DNA of 31,816 bases from Campylobacterota bacterium. Lineage in GTDB: Bacteria > Campylobacterota > Campylobacteria > Campylobacterales > Sulfurimonadaceae. The notes under the pieces are model-generated. The model worked only from the letters and a program-made list of their open reading frames with translations. It was not told where the DNA came from and searched no databases. Below, piece by piece: positions 9,422 through 19,479 of the stretch. Both the position numbers and the translations under genes were made by a program. Location of the stretch: the NCBI GenBank assembly GCA_034661055.1, contig JAYEKO010000076.1:1-31816 (forward strand). Reading direction: 5' to 3'. Within the stretch, counting starts at the first letter, position 1; the number at the start of each line of letters is the position of its first letter.

Positions 9422-11124
9422 GACTCTATCTTTTTCATTATGACTTCAAAAGCGTCATCAGTTTCTAGTGTATCTTTTTGTAAAGATGCACGTGTCATTA
9501 GCTGAATATTACCATTAACTAGCTCTTTACCTACAATAACGGTATAGGGAAAGCCAATAAGTTCAGCATCTTTCATCTTAAATCCAAAACGTTCTTTACG
9601 ATCATCAAGTATCACCTCAACACCTGCTGCTTGAAGTTTTTCATAAAGCTTCTCACCATATGACATCTGATCTTCATCTTTAATATTAGACACCATGACG
9701 TTGACTAAATATGGAGCGGTCTCTTTAGTCCAGATACAGCCATTTTCATCATTATGCTGCTCAACTACGGCAGCAACCAAGCGGCTAATACCCATTCCAT
9801 AGGTTCCCATAATAAATGGTTCCGCTTGCCCTTTTTCATTTAAGAATTCAGCTTTAAGAGCCTTTGAGTATGTTGTTCCCAACTTAAATATATGACCAAC
9901 TTCAATACCTTTTGTGTAGGCAAGAGAACCATCACAGTGTGGACATCCATCACCCTCATTCACTTCTGATAAATCTGTATATTCTGCATCACTCATAACA
10001 CTAAAGTTAACGCCAACATAGTGGTAATCTACCTCATTAGCACCACAAATCATCGATGTAGCATCTTTAAGTTCACTGTCTAAAACAATTTTACATGTAG
10101 AATTATCTAATGGCCCCATAAACCCTGGAACTAGACCAAGGTTGCATAACTCATCTTCACTCACATCTACTAATTCAATGGCACCTACCGCATTGGTGGC
10201 TTTAACTTCTTGTAGCGTATCACTTCCACGTAAAAAGAAAAGAACAACATCACTGCCATCTTCATAAATGGCTCTCTTTGCTACTGTTTTTACTAAGTAG
10301 TATGGATCGACCTTGAAAAACTCACAAAGGTCATCAATATTTTTAACATTCTCAGTCATAAATTTGTTGAACTCTGCTTCTGGAGCTTCTGGAGTCTCTT
10401 TTTTACTACTTCTAGTTGCCGCTTCTATATTGGCACCATATTCACAGCTATCACATATGGCAATTGTATCTTCTCCGCTATCTGCAATAACCATAAGTTC
10501 TTTTGAACCTGATCCACCAATAGCACCACTATCTGCTTCTACTACGCGATACTCAAGTCCTAAACGTTCTAATATTTTCTTATATGCCGACTCAACAACA
10601 TCAAATTCACGATCTAAATCTTCTGAACTTGCGTGAAAACTGTAGCCATCTTTCATTACAAACTCACGACCTCGCATAAGACCAAAACGCGGTCGTGCTT
10701 CATCACGAAATTTTGTTTTAATCTGGTAGAGGTTTATAGGTAGCTGCTTATAGCTTGTCACACGATTACGTACAAGACTTACCATCATCTCTTCATGAGT
10801 CGGACCTAAAACAAACTGGTTATCTTTACGGTCATGAAATCTTAAAAGCTCTTTTCCAAACTTCTTAATACGTCCACTCTCTTCCCATAGTAAAGCAGGA
10901 GTTACAAAACTAAGGTCAACCTCTTGAGCATCAATTTTAGCCATCTCGTCATTGACAACCGTCTCAATCTTTTTTAAAACTCTTTTTCCTAGAGGTAAAA
11001 AATTATACAGACCGCTAGCAACTTGCGCAATAAAACCGGCACGGCTTAAAAAAATATGGCTCGCAAGCACTGCATCGTTTGGAACTTCTTTTGTTGTTGG
11101 TATAAAAGCTTTAGAGCGTCTCAA
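9418..11124 (-). CDS. proS: Prolyl-tRNA synthetase
   Basis: [32 protein letters not shown], editing insertion domain, [11 protein letters not shown]. Confidence 0.98.
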   Translation of the reverse strand: MRRSKAFIPTTKEVPNDAVLASHIFLSRAGFIAQVASGLYNFLPLGKRVLKKIETVVNDEMAKIDAQEVDLSFVTPALLWEESGRIKKFGKELLRFHDRKDNQFVLGPTHEEMMVSLVRNRVTSYKQLPINLYQIKTKFRDEARPRFGLMRGREFVMKDGYSFHASSEDLDREFDVVESAYKKILERLGLEYRVVEADSGAIGGSGSKELMVIADSGEDTIAICDSCEYGANIEAATRSSKKETPEAPEAEFNKFMTENVKNIDDLCEFFKVDPYYLVKTVAKRAIYEDGSDVVLFFLRGSDTLQEVKATNAVGAIELVDVSEDELCNLGLVPGFMGPLDNSTCKIVLDSELKDATSMICGANEVDYHYVGVNFSVMSDAEYTDLSEVNEGDGCPHCDGSLAYTKGIEVGHIFKLGTTYSKALKAEFLNEKGQAEPFIMGTYGMGISRLVAAVVEQHNDENGCIWTKETAPYLVNVMVSNIKDEDQMSYGEKLYEKLQAAGVEVILDDRKERFGFKMKDAELIGFPYTVIVGKELVNGNIQLMTRASLQKDTLETDDAFEVIMKKIES

Positions 11125-12407
11125 TTGCTCTCCTTTGTAATAGGTTGTTCACAGGTTATAGGCTCGTCACCTTTTTTATCTAAAATATAGTTAAGTGAAT
11201 CAATTAGTGAATTTAGTTCGTCCTGCTGAGAAGTTGAACGGATTTTTGAAGTAAAATCATGTAAAAAACGTTTTATGACCTGCTCTCCCATCTTAACTAC
11301 TTCCTGCTCATATTTTTGTGGAATATAGCCTTTTGAAATAACACGAGAACTCTCTTGTTTAGAAGCATCATAGGCTCTAGAATATATCTCTTTAATAATA
11401 GGCTCAACAGAGAGCTGTTTTAAACACTCATAAAACTTTTTAGTATGTTGTGCTACCGTCGCATAAGAGAGTGCTGCCTCATCTTCGCGTAGAGAGAGAT
11501 TCTCATCTATAATAGTCTTTAAATCATCGACATAATAGATTTTAATATTTTCATTATCACTACAGTCAATATCACGTGGTACTGCAATATCAACCCAGTA
11601 GCGTCTGAAATTACATGTATTTATATGCTCATCTGTAATAATTGGTTTTTTAGATCCCGTGGAAGTAAAAAGAAGTTCATACTCATTGACTGCATCATAA
11701 AGCTCTTCAAAATCTCGAACCTTACATTCATACTCTGTTGCAATTGCTTCTGCTTTACTTCGTGTTCTATTCATCATAGTCACTTCAACACCGTGAGCAA
11801 TAAGATGTTTTGCTGTAAGTGATGACATCTCACCAGCACCAATAACCAAAGCTCTTAGACCCTCTAAATGCTTAGTATCTTTTTTGACTTGAGCAACTGC
11901 CACACTAGCAACAGAGATAGGATTTGATGAGATGTTGGTAGAATTTCTAATTTCTGCAGCACATTTAAAGGCGTAATGAATTGCGCGAGAAAGCTCATGT
12001 CCACAAAATTTATTAGCGTGAGCAAAACGAAAAGCATCCTTTAACTGACCTGCAATTTGGGTTTCACCAACAACAAGAGAGTCTAGTGAACCTGCAACAC
12101 TAAAGAGATGATGAATAGCACTTTTATCCTCAAAAATATCGCCACGACTCTGCAGCTCATCTACAGAGATTCCAGAACGATTACTTAAAAGAGTAAAGAT
12201 ATGCTCTGTTGCGACTTCAACATCACTACAGTAACATATTACTTCCATTCGATTACATGTAGATAATAAGATAGACTCATCAATAACTGAACATGAGTTA
12301 AGTTTCGTTAAACAGCCTGTTTTATGCTCCTCTTGGGGATAGGCGAGTTGCTCCCGAATGGCTAAAGTAGAATTTTTATGGGTAAAGCTAAGAATAAAAT
12401 AGTGCAT
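11121..12407 (-). CDS. hemA: Glutamyl-tRNA reductase
   Basis: [36 protein letters not shown]. Confidence 0.97.
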   Translation of the reverse strand: MHYFILSFTHKNSTLAIREQLAYPQEEHKTGCLTKLNSCSVIDESILLSTCNRMEVICYCSDVEVATEHIFTLLSNRSGISVDELQSRGDIFEDKSAIHHLFSVAGSLDSLVVGETQIAGQLKDAFRFAHANKFCGHELSRAIHYAFKCAAEIRNSTNISSNPISVASVAVAQVKKDTKHLEGLRALVIGAGEMSSLTAKHLIAHGVEVTMMNRTRSKAEAIATEYECKVRDFEELYDAVNEYELLFTSTGSKKPIITDEHINTCNFRRYWVDIAVPRDIDCSDNENIKIYYVDDLKTIIDENLSLREDEAALSYATVAQHTKKFYECLKQLSVEPIIKEIYSRAYDASKQESSRVISKGYIPQKYEQEVVKMGEQVIKRFLHDFTSKIRSTSQQDELNSLIDSLNYILDKKGDEPITCEQPITKESN

Positions 12408-13297
12408 TAAAAACGTCTCTTCATCATCGCTTCAATAATGGCTATAAGTTCATCATCACCTGAAACGGCCTTTATGGCTTCATCACTAAGCTTTCGTGCC
12501 AGCATATAGGATTTTTCAATGCTTTTATGCTCATCCATTTTTTCTCTAATCCAAGAGCTTTCACTGCTACTCAAACGTTTTGTATGGTAGCTTTTGAGTT
12601 GCTCTTTATCTTGAATATTTAATGCTTCATAGAGGTAGATATATGGTAGGGTACATTTTCCCTCAACATAATCATTCATGGCAGGTTTTCCCAATGTCGC
12701 TTCATCAGAGACAATATCTAAAATATCGTCAATAATCTGAAATGAGAGTCCTAAGTTCTTTCCATAAAGCGAGTAGGTCTTCACATCTTTACCTGCCAAC
12801 ATTGCCGCTGCTGAAGCAGATGCTTCAATCAGTGTCGCTGTCTTTAGATATAACATATCCATATAGGCATCAGCATCACTATTAAACTCTTCTGCCATCT
12901 TGACATCCATCATCTCACCAATAGAGAGAGACGTTACTGAACTTGCGATACATGCAGCAATATCACTGCCAAACTCAACGAGATGACTATATGCTTTGGA
13001 ATACAAGATATCTCCAAGCATGACTGCTATTTTACTATTTTCAGTCGCATTAACTGATGGCACACCACGTCGTAGCGAAGCCTCATCAATGACATCATCA
13101 TGCAGTAGGCTTGCCGCGTGAATCAATTCAATAATAGCTCCAAGTTTTGGTGCAGTAGCATCATTAGTAGCAATTTTTAAAACAAGTTTGGCACGCAGAC
13201 GCTTTCCACCGTTTAGGGTATTAAACAGTCGTAACACTTCACTATAGTTTATCTCTTGGACAAGTGCTGCAATTTCACTCTCAACTTTTTCTATCAT
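12407..13297 (-). CDS. ispB: Polyprenyl (octaprenyl-type) diphosphate synthase
   Basis: GGKRLR, LLHDDVID..RRG (first Asp-rich motif), FQIIDDILD (second motif), GKPAMND. Confidence 0.9.
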   Translation of the reverse strand: MIEKVESEIAALVQEINYSEVLRLFNTLNGGKRLRAKLVLKIATNDATAPKLGAIIELIHAASLLHDDVIDEASLRRGVPSVNATENSKIAVMLGDILYSKAYSHLVEFGSDIAACIASSVTSLSIGEMMDVKMAEEFNSDADAYMDMLYLKTATLIEASASAAAMLAGKDVKTYSLYGKNLGLSFQIIDDILDIVSDEATLGKPAMNDYVEGKCTLPYIYLYEALNIQDKEQLKSYHTKRLSSSESSWIREKMDEHKSIEKSYMLARKLSDEAIKAVSGDDELIAIIEAMMKRRF

Positions 13298-13300
13298 ATG

Positions 13301-13714
13301 TTACTCATTCCCTCGTAAATATTGTAATAGTATTTTTTCATCATCATCACTCAAATAAATATCAAAAAGTGCTTCATTTTTTTTAAAATCGAACTCTTTA
13401 AACGTTACTACAAGGTAAGGAACGGCTCGGTAATCCAACCCTCTTGGTAAAAGTTCTACTCTAAAACTTCTATTTTTACGTTTTGAGCTCAAAATATTTT
13501 GTGCCACAAAACCATCATAAGAGCGTAAAATGACAATGGAACCGTTTTTATAAAGAGTCCATCTAAAATCGAAAAGACGTTGCAGTGAACCACTTTTTAC
13601 TAAGATAGTCTCAATGGCATCTTTTTTCATTGAAATACTTTTAGAAGGTTTCCACTCATCTGCACTACTATGACCAAAAAGTAGAAATAACACTAAAATA
13701 ACAGCGCGTAACAT
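13301..13714 (-). CDS. Exported hypothetical protein
   Basis: Signal peptide; FRWTLY motif; first gene of the ispB-hemA-proS-hemC run. Confidence 0.75.
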   Translation of the reverse strand: MLRAVILVLFLLFGHSSADEWKPSKSISMKKDAIETILVKSGSLQRLFDFRWTLYKNGSIVILRSYDGFVAQNILSSKRKNRSFRVELLPRGLDYRAVPYLVVTFKEFDFKKNEALFDIYLSDDDEKILLQYLRGNE

Positions 13715-13742
13715 AACTACCTACTATTCATAAAATTTGGCG

Positions 13743-13751
13743 ATTATACCA
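13743..13751 (-). promoter_or_regulatory. Extended -10 promoter TGGTATAAT for the hyp-ispB-hemA-proS-fxsA-dsb-hemC operon
   Basis: Exact TGnTATAAT about 29 bp upstream of ATG 13714. A divergent TATAAT for mscS lies at 13773-13778. Confidence 0.65.
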
Positions 13752-13809
13752 CCTAGACTCTAAAAATTGTATTATAATTACATAAAATATTTAGTTAAAA
13801 GGCAGATAT

Positions 13810-14868
13810 ATGTTTGATGGACTTTTTTCCAAAGCATTCTACGGCAATAGCATCTTAGAGTGGTCTATTACATTAGGTTTGATTATTGCATCCGTTGTAC
13901 TGGCAAAATTTATCTATATTCTAATTGGTGGTTCCGTCAAGAAATTGACAAAGAAGACAAAAAATGAATTTGATGACCTTGTAGTCGATATGATTGAGGA
14001 GCCTTTTGTGTTTGCACTCATCATTATAGGTATCTGGTATTCACTTCAGACCCTTAACTTGCACCCTGTAGCAGAAGCACTTATTGCTAAGGCCTATTAC
14101 GTCTTAATTATTTTTAATATTGCATGGACAGTGACACGTCTTATAGACGCTATTATCCAAAAATATGTGCTTCCTCTTGTTAAAGATAGTGACAGTAAAC
14201 TTGACGATCAACTCATACCAGTTGTTCGTAAAGGTATCAAAGTATCTATCTGGATTATTGCTATACTTGTTGCGCTGAACAATGCTGGATACGATGTTGG
14301 TGCTGTATTGGCAAGTTTAGGTATAGGTGGTCTGGCATTTGCGCTTGCTGCTAAAGACACAATTGCTAATCTTTTTGGAAGTTTTACCATCTTTGTTGAC
14401 AAACCTTTCACTATTGGTGATCGTGTTATTCTTCAAGGCTATGATGGCTTTGTTGAAGAGATTGGACTTAGAAGTACACGACTTAGAACACTTACAGGTC
14501 GCATGATAACCTTAGCAAACTCTACGGTTGCAGATTCATCAATAGAAAATGTCACATCAGAACCTAGTCGTAAGATTACTCTACATCTTGGGCTCACATA
14601 CGATACTGATGAAACTCAAATTGAACATGCCCTTGAGCTTTTAAAAACTATTGCACAGAGTAATGAAAGTGTACTTGAAAATTATTCCGTTGCTTTTACT
14701 GCATTTAATGACTTTGCACTTAATGTACGTTTTATCTACTACATCGAAAAAGGTGCTAGTATTGGAGATGTACAGACGGCTATTAACCTACAGATTTTAA
14801 AACAGTTTAATGCCAATAAACTTGAGTTTGCATTCCCTACTCAGACTATCTATACAAATCCTGCATAA
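13810..14868 (+). CDS. Small-conductance mechanosensitive channel (MscS family, 5 TM type)
   Basis: LASLGIGGLAFALAAKDTIANLFG, DKPFTIGD, VEEIGLRSTRLRT, EFAFPTQT. Confidence 0.95.
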   Translation: MFDGLFSKAFYGNSILEWSITLGLIIASVVLAKFIYILIGGSVKKLTKKTKNEFDDLVVDMIEEPFVFALIIIGIWYSLQTLNLHPVAEALIAKAYYVLIIFNIAWTVTRLIDAIIQKYVLPLVKDSDSKLDDQLIPVVRKGIKVSIWIIAILVALNNAGYDVGAVLASLGIGGLAFALAAKDTIANLFGSFTIFVDKPFTIGDRVILQGYDGFVEEIGLRSTRLRTLTGRMITLANSTVADSSIENVTSEPSRKITLHLGLTYDTDETQIEHALELLKTIAQSNESVLENYSVAFTAFNDFALNVRFIYYIEKGASIGDVQTAINLQILKQFNANKLEFAFPTQTIYTNPA

Positions 14869-14892
14869 TTACATGTAAATTTACATGTAATT
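14867..14892. repeat. Perfect 26-bp palindrome between convergent mscS and bioA
   Basis: AATTACATGTAAATTTACATGTAATT equals its own reverse complement and contains two TTACATGTAA units. Confidence 0.9.
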
Positions 14893-16203
14893 TTAGGACA
14901 CCTCTAATAACGTACTCACAATCTCATAAGTTGTATCAATCATCTTTAACAGTTCATTTTGGGAAAAACAGTATGGTGGCATAAAATATATTATATGCCC
15001 TAGTGGTCGAATATATACACCCTCTTTTAGGGCTTCTTGAAACACCTTAAGTCCTATGCGCTCTTCACTACTGTAGCCCTCTAACTCTATGGCACAAATC
15101 ATACCGCGTTGACGGACCTCTTTAACATTTTTAAGAGCTTTAAACTTTGCTGTTTCTTGTGCAATTAATTCAATTTTTTTTCTATTATTTTCAATAACAT
15201 TATCTTGCTCAAAAATATCAAGTACTGCATTTGCCGTAGCGCAGGCAATAGTATTTCCCGTATAGCTATGAGAATCTAAAAATGATTTTCCTTCATTATA
15301 GTCACAATAAAACGCATTGTAGATATCATTAGTGAACATCACTACAGACAGTGGCATATATCCACCTGTTATACCTTTAGAAAGACAGAGAAAATCTGGA
15401 CTAATACCTGATTGTTCAATAGCAAACATAGTACCCGTTCTTCCAAAACCTACCGCAACCTCATCGGCAATTAAAAAGACACCAAACTCATCACACAGAG
15501 CACGAAGCTTTGTTATGTACGTGGCATCATACATCTGCATAGACCCAGCACACTGTACCAATGGCTCAATAACTACCGAAGATACCTTCCCCTTATGTTC
15601 TTGTAAAACTGAACGCATACTTTCTATAGCTTCATCTTCACTTATTAATGCAGGTGATGCTGCTTGAACTGTTTTAATGAGAATGTCTTTATAAATGTCT
15701 TTATAAAGCCCAGTATCACTCACCGCTAAAGCACCCATAGTCTCACCATGATACGAATTTTGCAAGGAGACAAAAAGAGGACGCTCCTCACCCCTATTTT
15801 TAAAGTATTGAAATGACATTTTCAAAGAAATCTCAATAGCACTTGAACCGTTATCTGCAAAAAAGATTTTTTCTAAAGGCTCAGGAGTCATAGCCACAAG
15901 GCGTCGTGCTAAATCAATAGCTGGTTTATGCGTAAAACCTGCAAAAATAACATGCTCTAACTCTTCTAATTGTTCTCTTATTTTAGAGTTAATGTACTCA
16001 TTACTATGTCCAAAAATATTGACCCACCAGCTACTAATACAGTCCAAATATCTATTCCCGTCATAATCTTCAATGTAAGAAGCTTTCGCTTTTTTAATGG
16101 GGATAAGCGGTAACTTTTCATGATCTTTCATCTGTGAGCAGGGGTGAAAAATATACCTTAAATCTTCTTGCATTAATTCATTGTTTGTCATTTTAAGCGC
16201 CAA
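14893..16203 (-). CDS. bioA: Adenosylmethionine-8-amino-7-oxononanoate transaminase
   Basis: HPCSQM, DCISSWWVN, DNGSSAIEISLK, YHGETMGA, IADEVAVGFGRTG, LSKGITGG (PLP Lys), SHSYTGN. TTG start after AAGGA RBS. Confidence 0.97.
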   Translation of the reverse strand: MALKMTNNELMQEDLRYIFHPCSQMKDHEKLPLIPIKKAKASYIEDYDGNRYLDCISSWWVNIFGHSNEYINSKIREQLEELEHVIFAGFTHKPAIDLARRLVAMTPEPLEKIFFADNGSSAIEISLKMSFQYFKNRGEERPLFVSLQNSYHGETMGALAVSDTGLYKDIYKDILIKTVQAASPALISEDEAIESMRSVLQEHKGKVSSVVIEPLVQCAGSMQMYDATYITKLRALCDEFGVFLIADEVAVGFGRTGTMFAIEQSGISPDFLCLSKGITGGYMPLSVVMFTNDIYNAFYCDYNEGKSFLDSHSYTGNTIACATANAVLDIFEQDNVIENNRKKIELIAQETAKFKALKNVKEVRQRGMICAIELEGYSSEERIGLKVFQEALKEGVYIRPLGHIIYFMPPYCFSQNELLKMIDTTYEIVSTLLEVS

Positions 16204-16234
16204 TGTCTATCCTTTTACATGTAAATAGTGTAAG

Positions 16235-17206
16235 ATGCTTCTCATGAAACACTTCACTACTGAACCGATGCACCATATTATTGAGACCTTAAAACTGGAA
16301 CTTCAAAACTCTAATACTCACGACAGTATCTCTTTTGAAGTTATTAATCCAGATTGTACTGTCTCTACTTATGCTGGTAGTATCATAACATATAATGAAT
16401 GTAACTACATCTACCGTGGATACAAAGCTTGGACCGATTTAGCACAACTTCTTTTTTGCAAAATGTTGACGCCCATTAAAGCTAGTGAGCACACTGTAGT
16501 AATCTCTTTTCAAAAGCTAGATATAGAAGAGTCATTTCATAAACTAGATTTAAATCAACGCAGTGAAAAATATGGAGTTAACTCACCATTTTTTAGTATT
16601 AACAAAAATGAAGAGCCCTCTTTTGTACATGCTTATCTAAAGGCACTTCAGGCAGTAAAAATATCAGATAGAAAAAGCGTACTCAATCTTGGTGTTAATA
16701 GTGGTGACGAGTTTGAGCTTATTAGAGAGACGACAGAAAATTTTTCAACAATTAAATTTACTGGGATCGACCACTGTGCTTCAGCCATTTCCTATGCAAA
16801 AAAGCGCTTTAATACAGCGAATATGGAGCTAATACAGCACAATATTAACCATCTTAACGAGCTTAAACTTAAACGCTCTGAACTCCTTATTAGTATAGGC
16901 ACCTTACAAAGTCCAGGAGTTGATTTTAAACCTCTATTTATGTCTTTAATTCAAGAGTACCTTACTGAAGATGGAGCAGTTATTCTAGGGTTTCCAAATT
17001 CAAGGTGGATTGACGGCGAGATGATTTATGGTGCTAAAGCTCCAAACTACAGCTACTCTGAGATGTCACTAGTGATTAAAGATATCTATTTTTGTAAAAA
17101 GTACCTGCAACAACATCGTTTTAGAGTAACTTTGACAGGAAAAGATTACATTTTTTTAACCGCAACACGAATTAAAAAAACAACTAAAAAGCCTCTAAAC
17201 CTCTAA
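16235..17206 (+). CDS. Class I SAM-dependent methyltransferase-like protein with uncharacterised N-terminal domain
   Basis: VLNLGVNSGDE (motif I variant), FTGIDH (motif II), ISIGTLQS, LTEDGAVILG. Start could be 16244. Confidence 0.75.
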   Translation: MLLMKHFTTEPMHHIIETLKLELQNSNTHDSISFEVINPDCTVSTYAGSIITYNECNYIYRGYKAWTDLAQLLFCKMLTPIKASEHTVVISFQKLDIEESFHKLDLNQRSEKYGVNSPFFSINKNEEPSFVHAYLKALQAVKISDRKSVLNLGVNSGDEFELIRETTENFSTIKFTGIDHCASAISYAKKRFNTANMELIQHNINHLNELKLKRSELLISIGTLQSPGVDFKPLFMSLIQEYLTEDGAVILGFPNSRWIDGEMIYGAKAPNYSYSEMSLVIKDIYFCKKYLQQHRFRVTLTGKDYIFLTATRIKKTTKKPLNL

Positions 17207-17426
17207 AATAACCAATTTGTGTCAATGCTTGCATGTCTAACTCATCTTGAGTGAACTCGGCAACAGTTCCATAAGGCAACTGTGCAAGAGGAAGAATGTC
17301 AAAATTTAAATCATAATGTGAGCTTGCATTTTTAAATATGAGCACTTTTTCTTTAGCACTCTCACTTAAGTACTCAAACATAATACACGTTTGAGAAGTA
17401 TCTCGTCCAAGTTCAGAAAAAAGCAT
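17184..17426 (-). CDS. Small hypothetical protein
   Basis: 80 aa ORF with an AGGA RBS about 11 nt upstream and TATAAT at 17455-17460 (minus strand); 3' end overlaps the convergent methyltransferase by 23 bp. Confidence 0.6.
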   Translation of the reverse strand: MLFSELGRDTSQTCIMFEYLSESAKEKVLIFKNASSHYDLNFDILPLAQLPYGTVAEFTQDELDMQALTQIGYFRGLEAF

Positions 17427-17548
17427 CTATTTAACAGTCCTCTATTTTTTAAAAATTATACTTAATTATTCGTTAATTCAGTAGTAATTTTTTATTTACA
17501 TTGTTGTATTATTATATAAAAATAAATTTACTCATAAGGAGCTGCACA

Positions 17549-18376
17549 ATGCTAATACTTACAAAACTCATTGATTCTACTGCTCCCCTACCTCGATCTG
17601 TTACGCTTCTTAACCAGTTACGTCTTGATCCAGACAGAAGTCTAGGCGATGTCATTAGAATTGTTGAGACAGACCCTGTTTTGAGTGCAAAAATTCTAGC
17701 TCTAGTAAATACCCCTTTTTATGGTGTAAGACGTAAAATTACTTCAATATCTGCAGCATGTGTACAGCTTGGTGAAGTAACCATCTATTCAACTGCTCTA
17801 ATAGCAGGCATACACAGTAGCTTCAAATTTAATCTTGAACCATACGGTTTAAATGAAAAGGAGTTTATGCTCAATACTTTAATGCAAATGAACCTTATGA
17901 ACGAGTGGATACGTTTAGCTAAACCTGCATTTGCTGATGAGCTTCGTTTAGCTGCTTTTTTATCTGATATTGGAAAAATCATTATCTCTCAACTACTAAT
18001 TCAAGAAAAAAAAGTAGAGCAGTTCAAACAGAAGCTTCAAAATAATATTATTGAGTCCATTGCAGAAAAAGATACTATTGGAGCAACTACGCTACAAGTT
18101 TCAGCACTAATGCTACAGCACTGGGGAGTCAATGAAGATATTACTAAACTCTTACAGTACACCAATGCATCCAATAGAGTTCCTGACAATATGAAAATCC
18201 CTGTTTCAATGATGGAAACTACTCGTAATATCTGGCATAGCTGGAATAAAAAGAGCGAAGAGATCCGACAAGAAGCAATAGAAGGATATTTGGTTTTTGA
18301 TACGGATACCTTTTACATGTACGAACAGTCATTAAATAGAGTGTTAGACAAATTGGAAAATATTAGAGTTTCTTAA
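17549..18376 (+). CDS. HDOD domain protein
   Basis: PLP, VETDPVLSAKILALVNTPFYG..I.SI..A...LG, LAAFLSDIGK (HD degenerate to SD), HW. Start set at ATG 17549 after AAGGAG. Confidence 0.9.
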   Translation: MLILTKLIDSTAPLPRSVTLLNQLRLDPDRSLGDVIRIVETDPVLSAKILALVNTPFYGVRRKITSISAACVQLGEVTIYSTALIAGIHSSFKFNLEPYGLNEKEFMLNTLMQMNLMNEWIRLAKPAFADELRLAAFLSDIGKIIISQLLIQEKKVEQFKQKLQNNIIESIAEKDTIGATTLQVSALMLQHWGVNEDITKLLQYTNASNRVPDNMKIPVSMMETTRNIWHSWNKKSEEIRQEAIEGYLVFDTDTFYMYEQSLNRVLDKLENIRVS

Positions 18377-18381
18377 GAGTA

Positions 18382-18799
18382 GGTACAACGTAAGCCGGGT
18401 CCTGTCTAGGGTGATAATTAATCTAATATGTCTATTACTAAACATCTTTAGCGAAACAATAGTAATTGTAAGACTCTAACCATCTGTTTCTTGCTGCTAG
18501 GTTGGGTTTACAAGCTCTCCATATTGCTATGGAGACTGGTGGTCTCTTACACCACCGTTTCACCGTTACTGCTTTTTGTTCGCAAAAAGTTAAAAAATGC
18601 CAACAGCATTTTTATGCTTTAGTGCCTTATCGGCTAGCGAAAGTATGTCTGGACTTTGTTCAGACATACGACAAATAAACAGAAGTCTATTTTCTGTTGC
18701 ACTTTCCCTCACATTACTGCGGCCATTGGTTAAATGGAACCCTGTCTTACGGCAGCCCGGACTTTCCTCTTGCAGAAGCAAGCTATCACCTGTTGTACC
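18382..18799 (-). ncRNA. rnpB: RNase P RNA (bacterial type A) with expanded P12
   Basis: Minus strand reads GAGGAAAGUCCGGGC ... GAAAGUGCAACAGAAA ... GGUGAAACGGUGGUGUAAGAG ... GUAAACCC ... ACAGGACCCGGCUUAC. P1 helix GGUACAAC (18799-18792) / GUUGUACC (18389-18382). -10 TATGAT at 18806-18811. Confidence 0.97.
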
Positions 18800-18863
18800 G
18801 ATGTAATCATAGTGTAAAAAGAGTAAAATTAAAATAGAAATGAAGTTAAATTTAGAAGTTTAG

Positions 18864-18895
18864 TTCTAAAGAACGGTTAAAACCGCCCTTTAGAA
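18864..18895 (-). terminator. Terminator-like hairpin ending the oor operon
   Basis: Minus strand UUCUAAAGGGCGGUU-UU-AACCGUUCUUUAGAA; pairs fully only on this strand (G-U pairs); 18 bp past the oorC stop. Confidence 0.75.
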
Positions 18896-18913
18896 AGTAC
18901 GGAAAAGAGTGAC

Positions 18914-19468
18914 TTACGCCATTGAATCTTTTGCATATTTTTCGCCAAGACCATATGCCACTTTATTCACATCATGAACTTTAGCAGGTACTTTTGATAG
19001 CATTGTATCGATAAGAGTATCTTTATCAATAGCATTCATCATAGTATTTGCAATTGCAAGAGCAACAACAGATTGAGTAATAACATTACCAACCTCTTCT
19101 TTAGCAATTGTAATAATTGGAATCTCATGGATATCCCATGTTTTTCTATCTTCATCAGTTGGTTTTACAAGGTTAGGATCAACAACAATCGTTCCACCTG
19201 GCTTAACACCATCTTTAAAAGAGTTGTAACTTACCTGTGCAACTGAAAGCATAAAACCGATTTCACCATCATTTGCATATGGATAATAAATCTCTTTATC
19301 ATCAAGTTGAATATCAACAACCGTTGGTCCACCACGAACCTGTGATGTATATGTTGCAGTTTTTAATCCATGACCACCAGTTTTAATTTTTGCAGCAGCA
19401 AAAATCTCACCAGCAAGAAGAACACCTTGACCACCAACACCTGTAAATCTCATTAATGTTTTACTCAT
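18914..19468 (-). CDS. oorC: 2-oxoglutarate:acceptor oxidoreductase gamma subunit
   Basis: RFTGVGGQGVLLAG, TYTSQVRGGPT. Confidence 0.95.
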   Translation of the reverse strand: MSKTLMRFTGVGGQGVLLAGEIFAAAKIKTGGHGLKTATYTSQVRGGPTVVDIQLDDKEIYYPYANDGEIGFMLSVAQVSYNSFKDGVKPGGTIVVDPNLVKPTDEDRKTWDIHEIPIITIAKEEVGNVITQSVVALAIANTMMNAIDKDTLIDTMLSKVPAKVHDVNKVAYGLGEKYAKDSMA

Positions 19469-19479
19469 AGTGTTTCTCC

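Noticed and set aside
16204..16234. BirA operator upstream of bioA
   Set aside because: No TGTAAACC-N-GGTTTACA-like spaced dyad. The palindrome present is the common TACATGTA motif.
17549..18376. HDOD protein as a pseudogene or an active phosphohydrolase
   Set aside because: The ORF is intact, and a degenerate HD motif is common in non-catalytic HDOD proteins.
18590..18806. ORFs 18590..18781 (-) and 18597..18806 (+)
   Set aside because: They overlap rnpB almost entirely and have no protein motifs.
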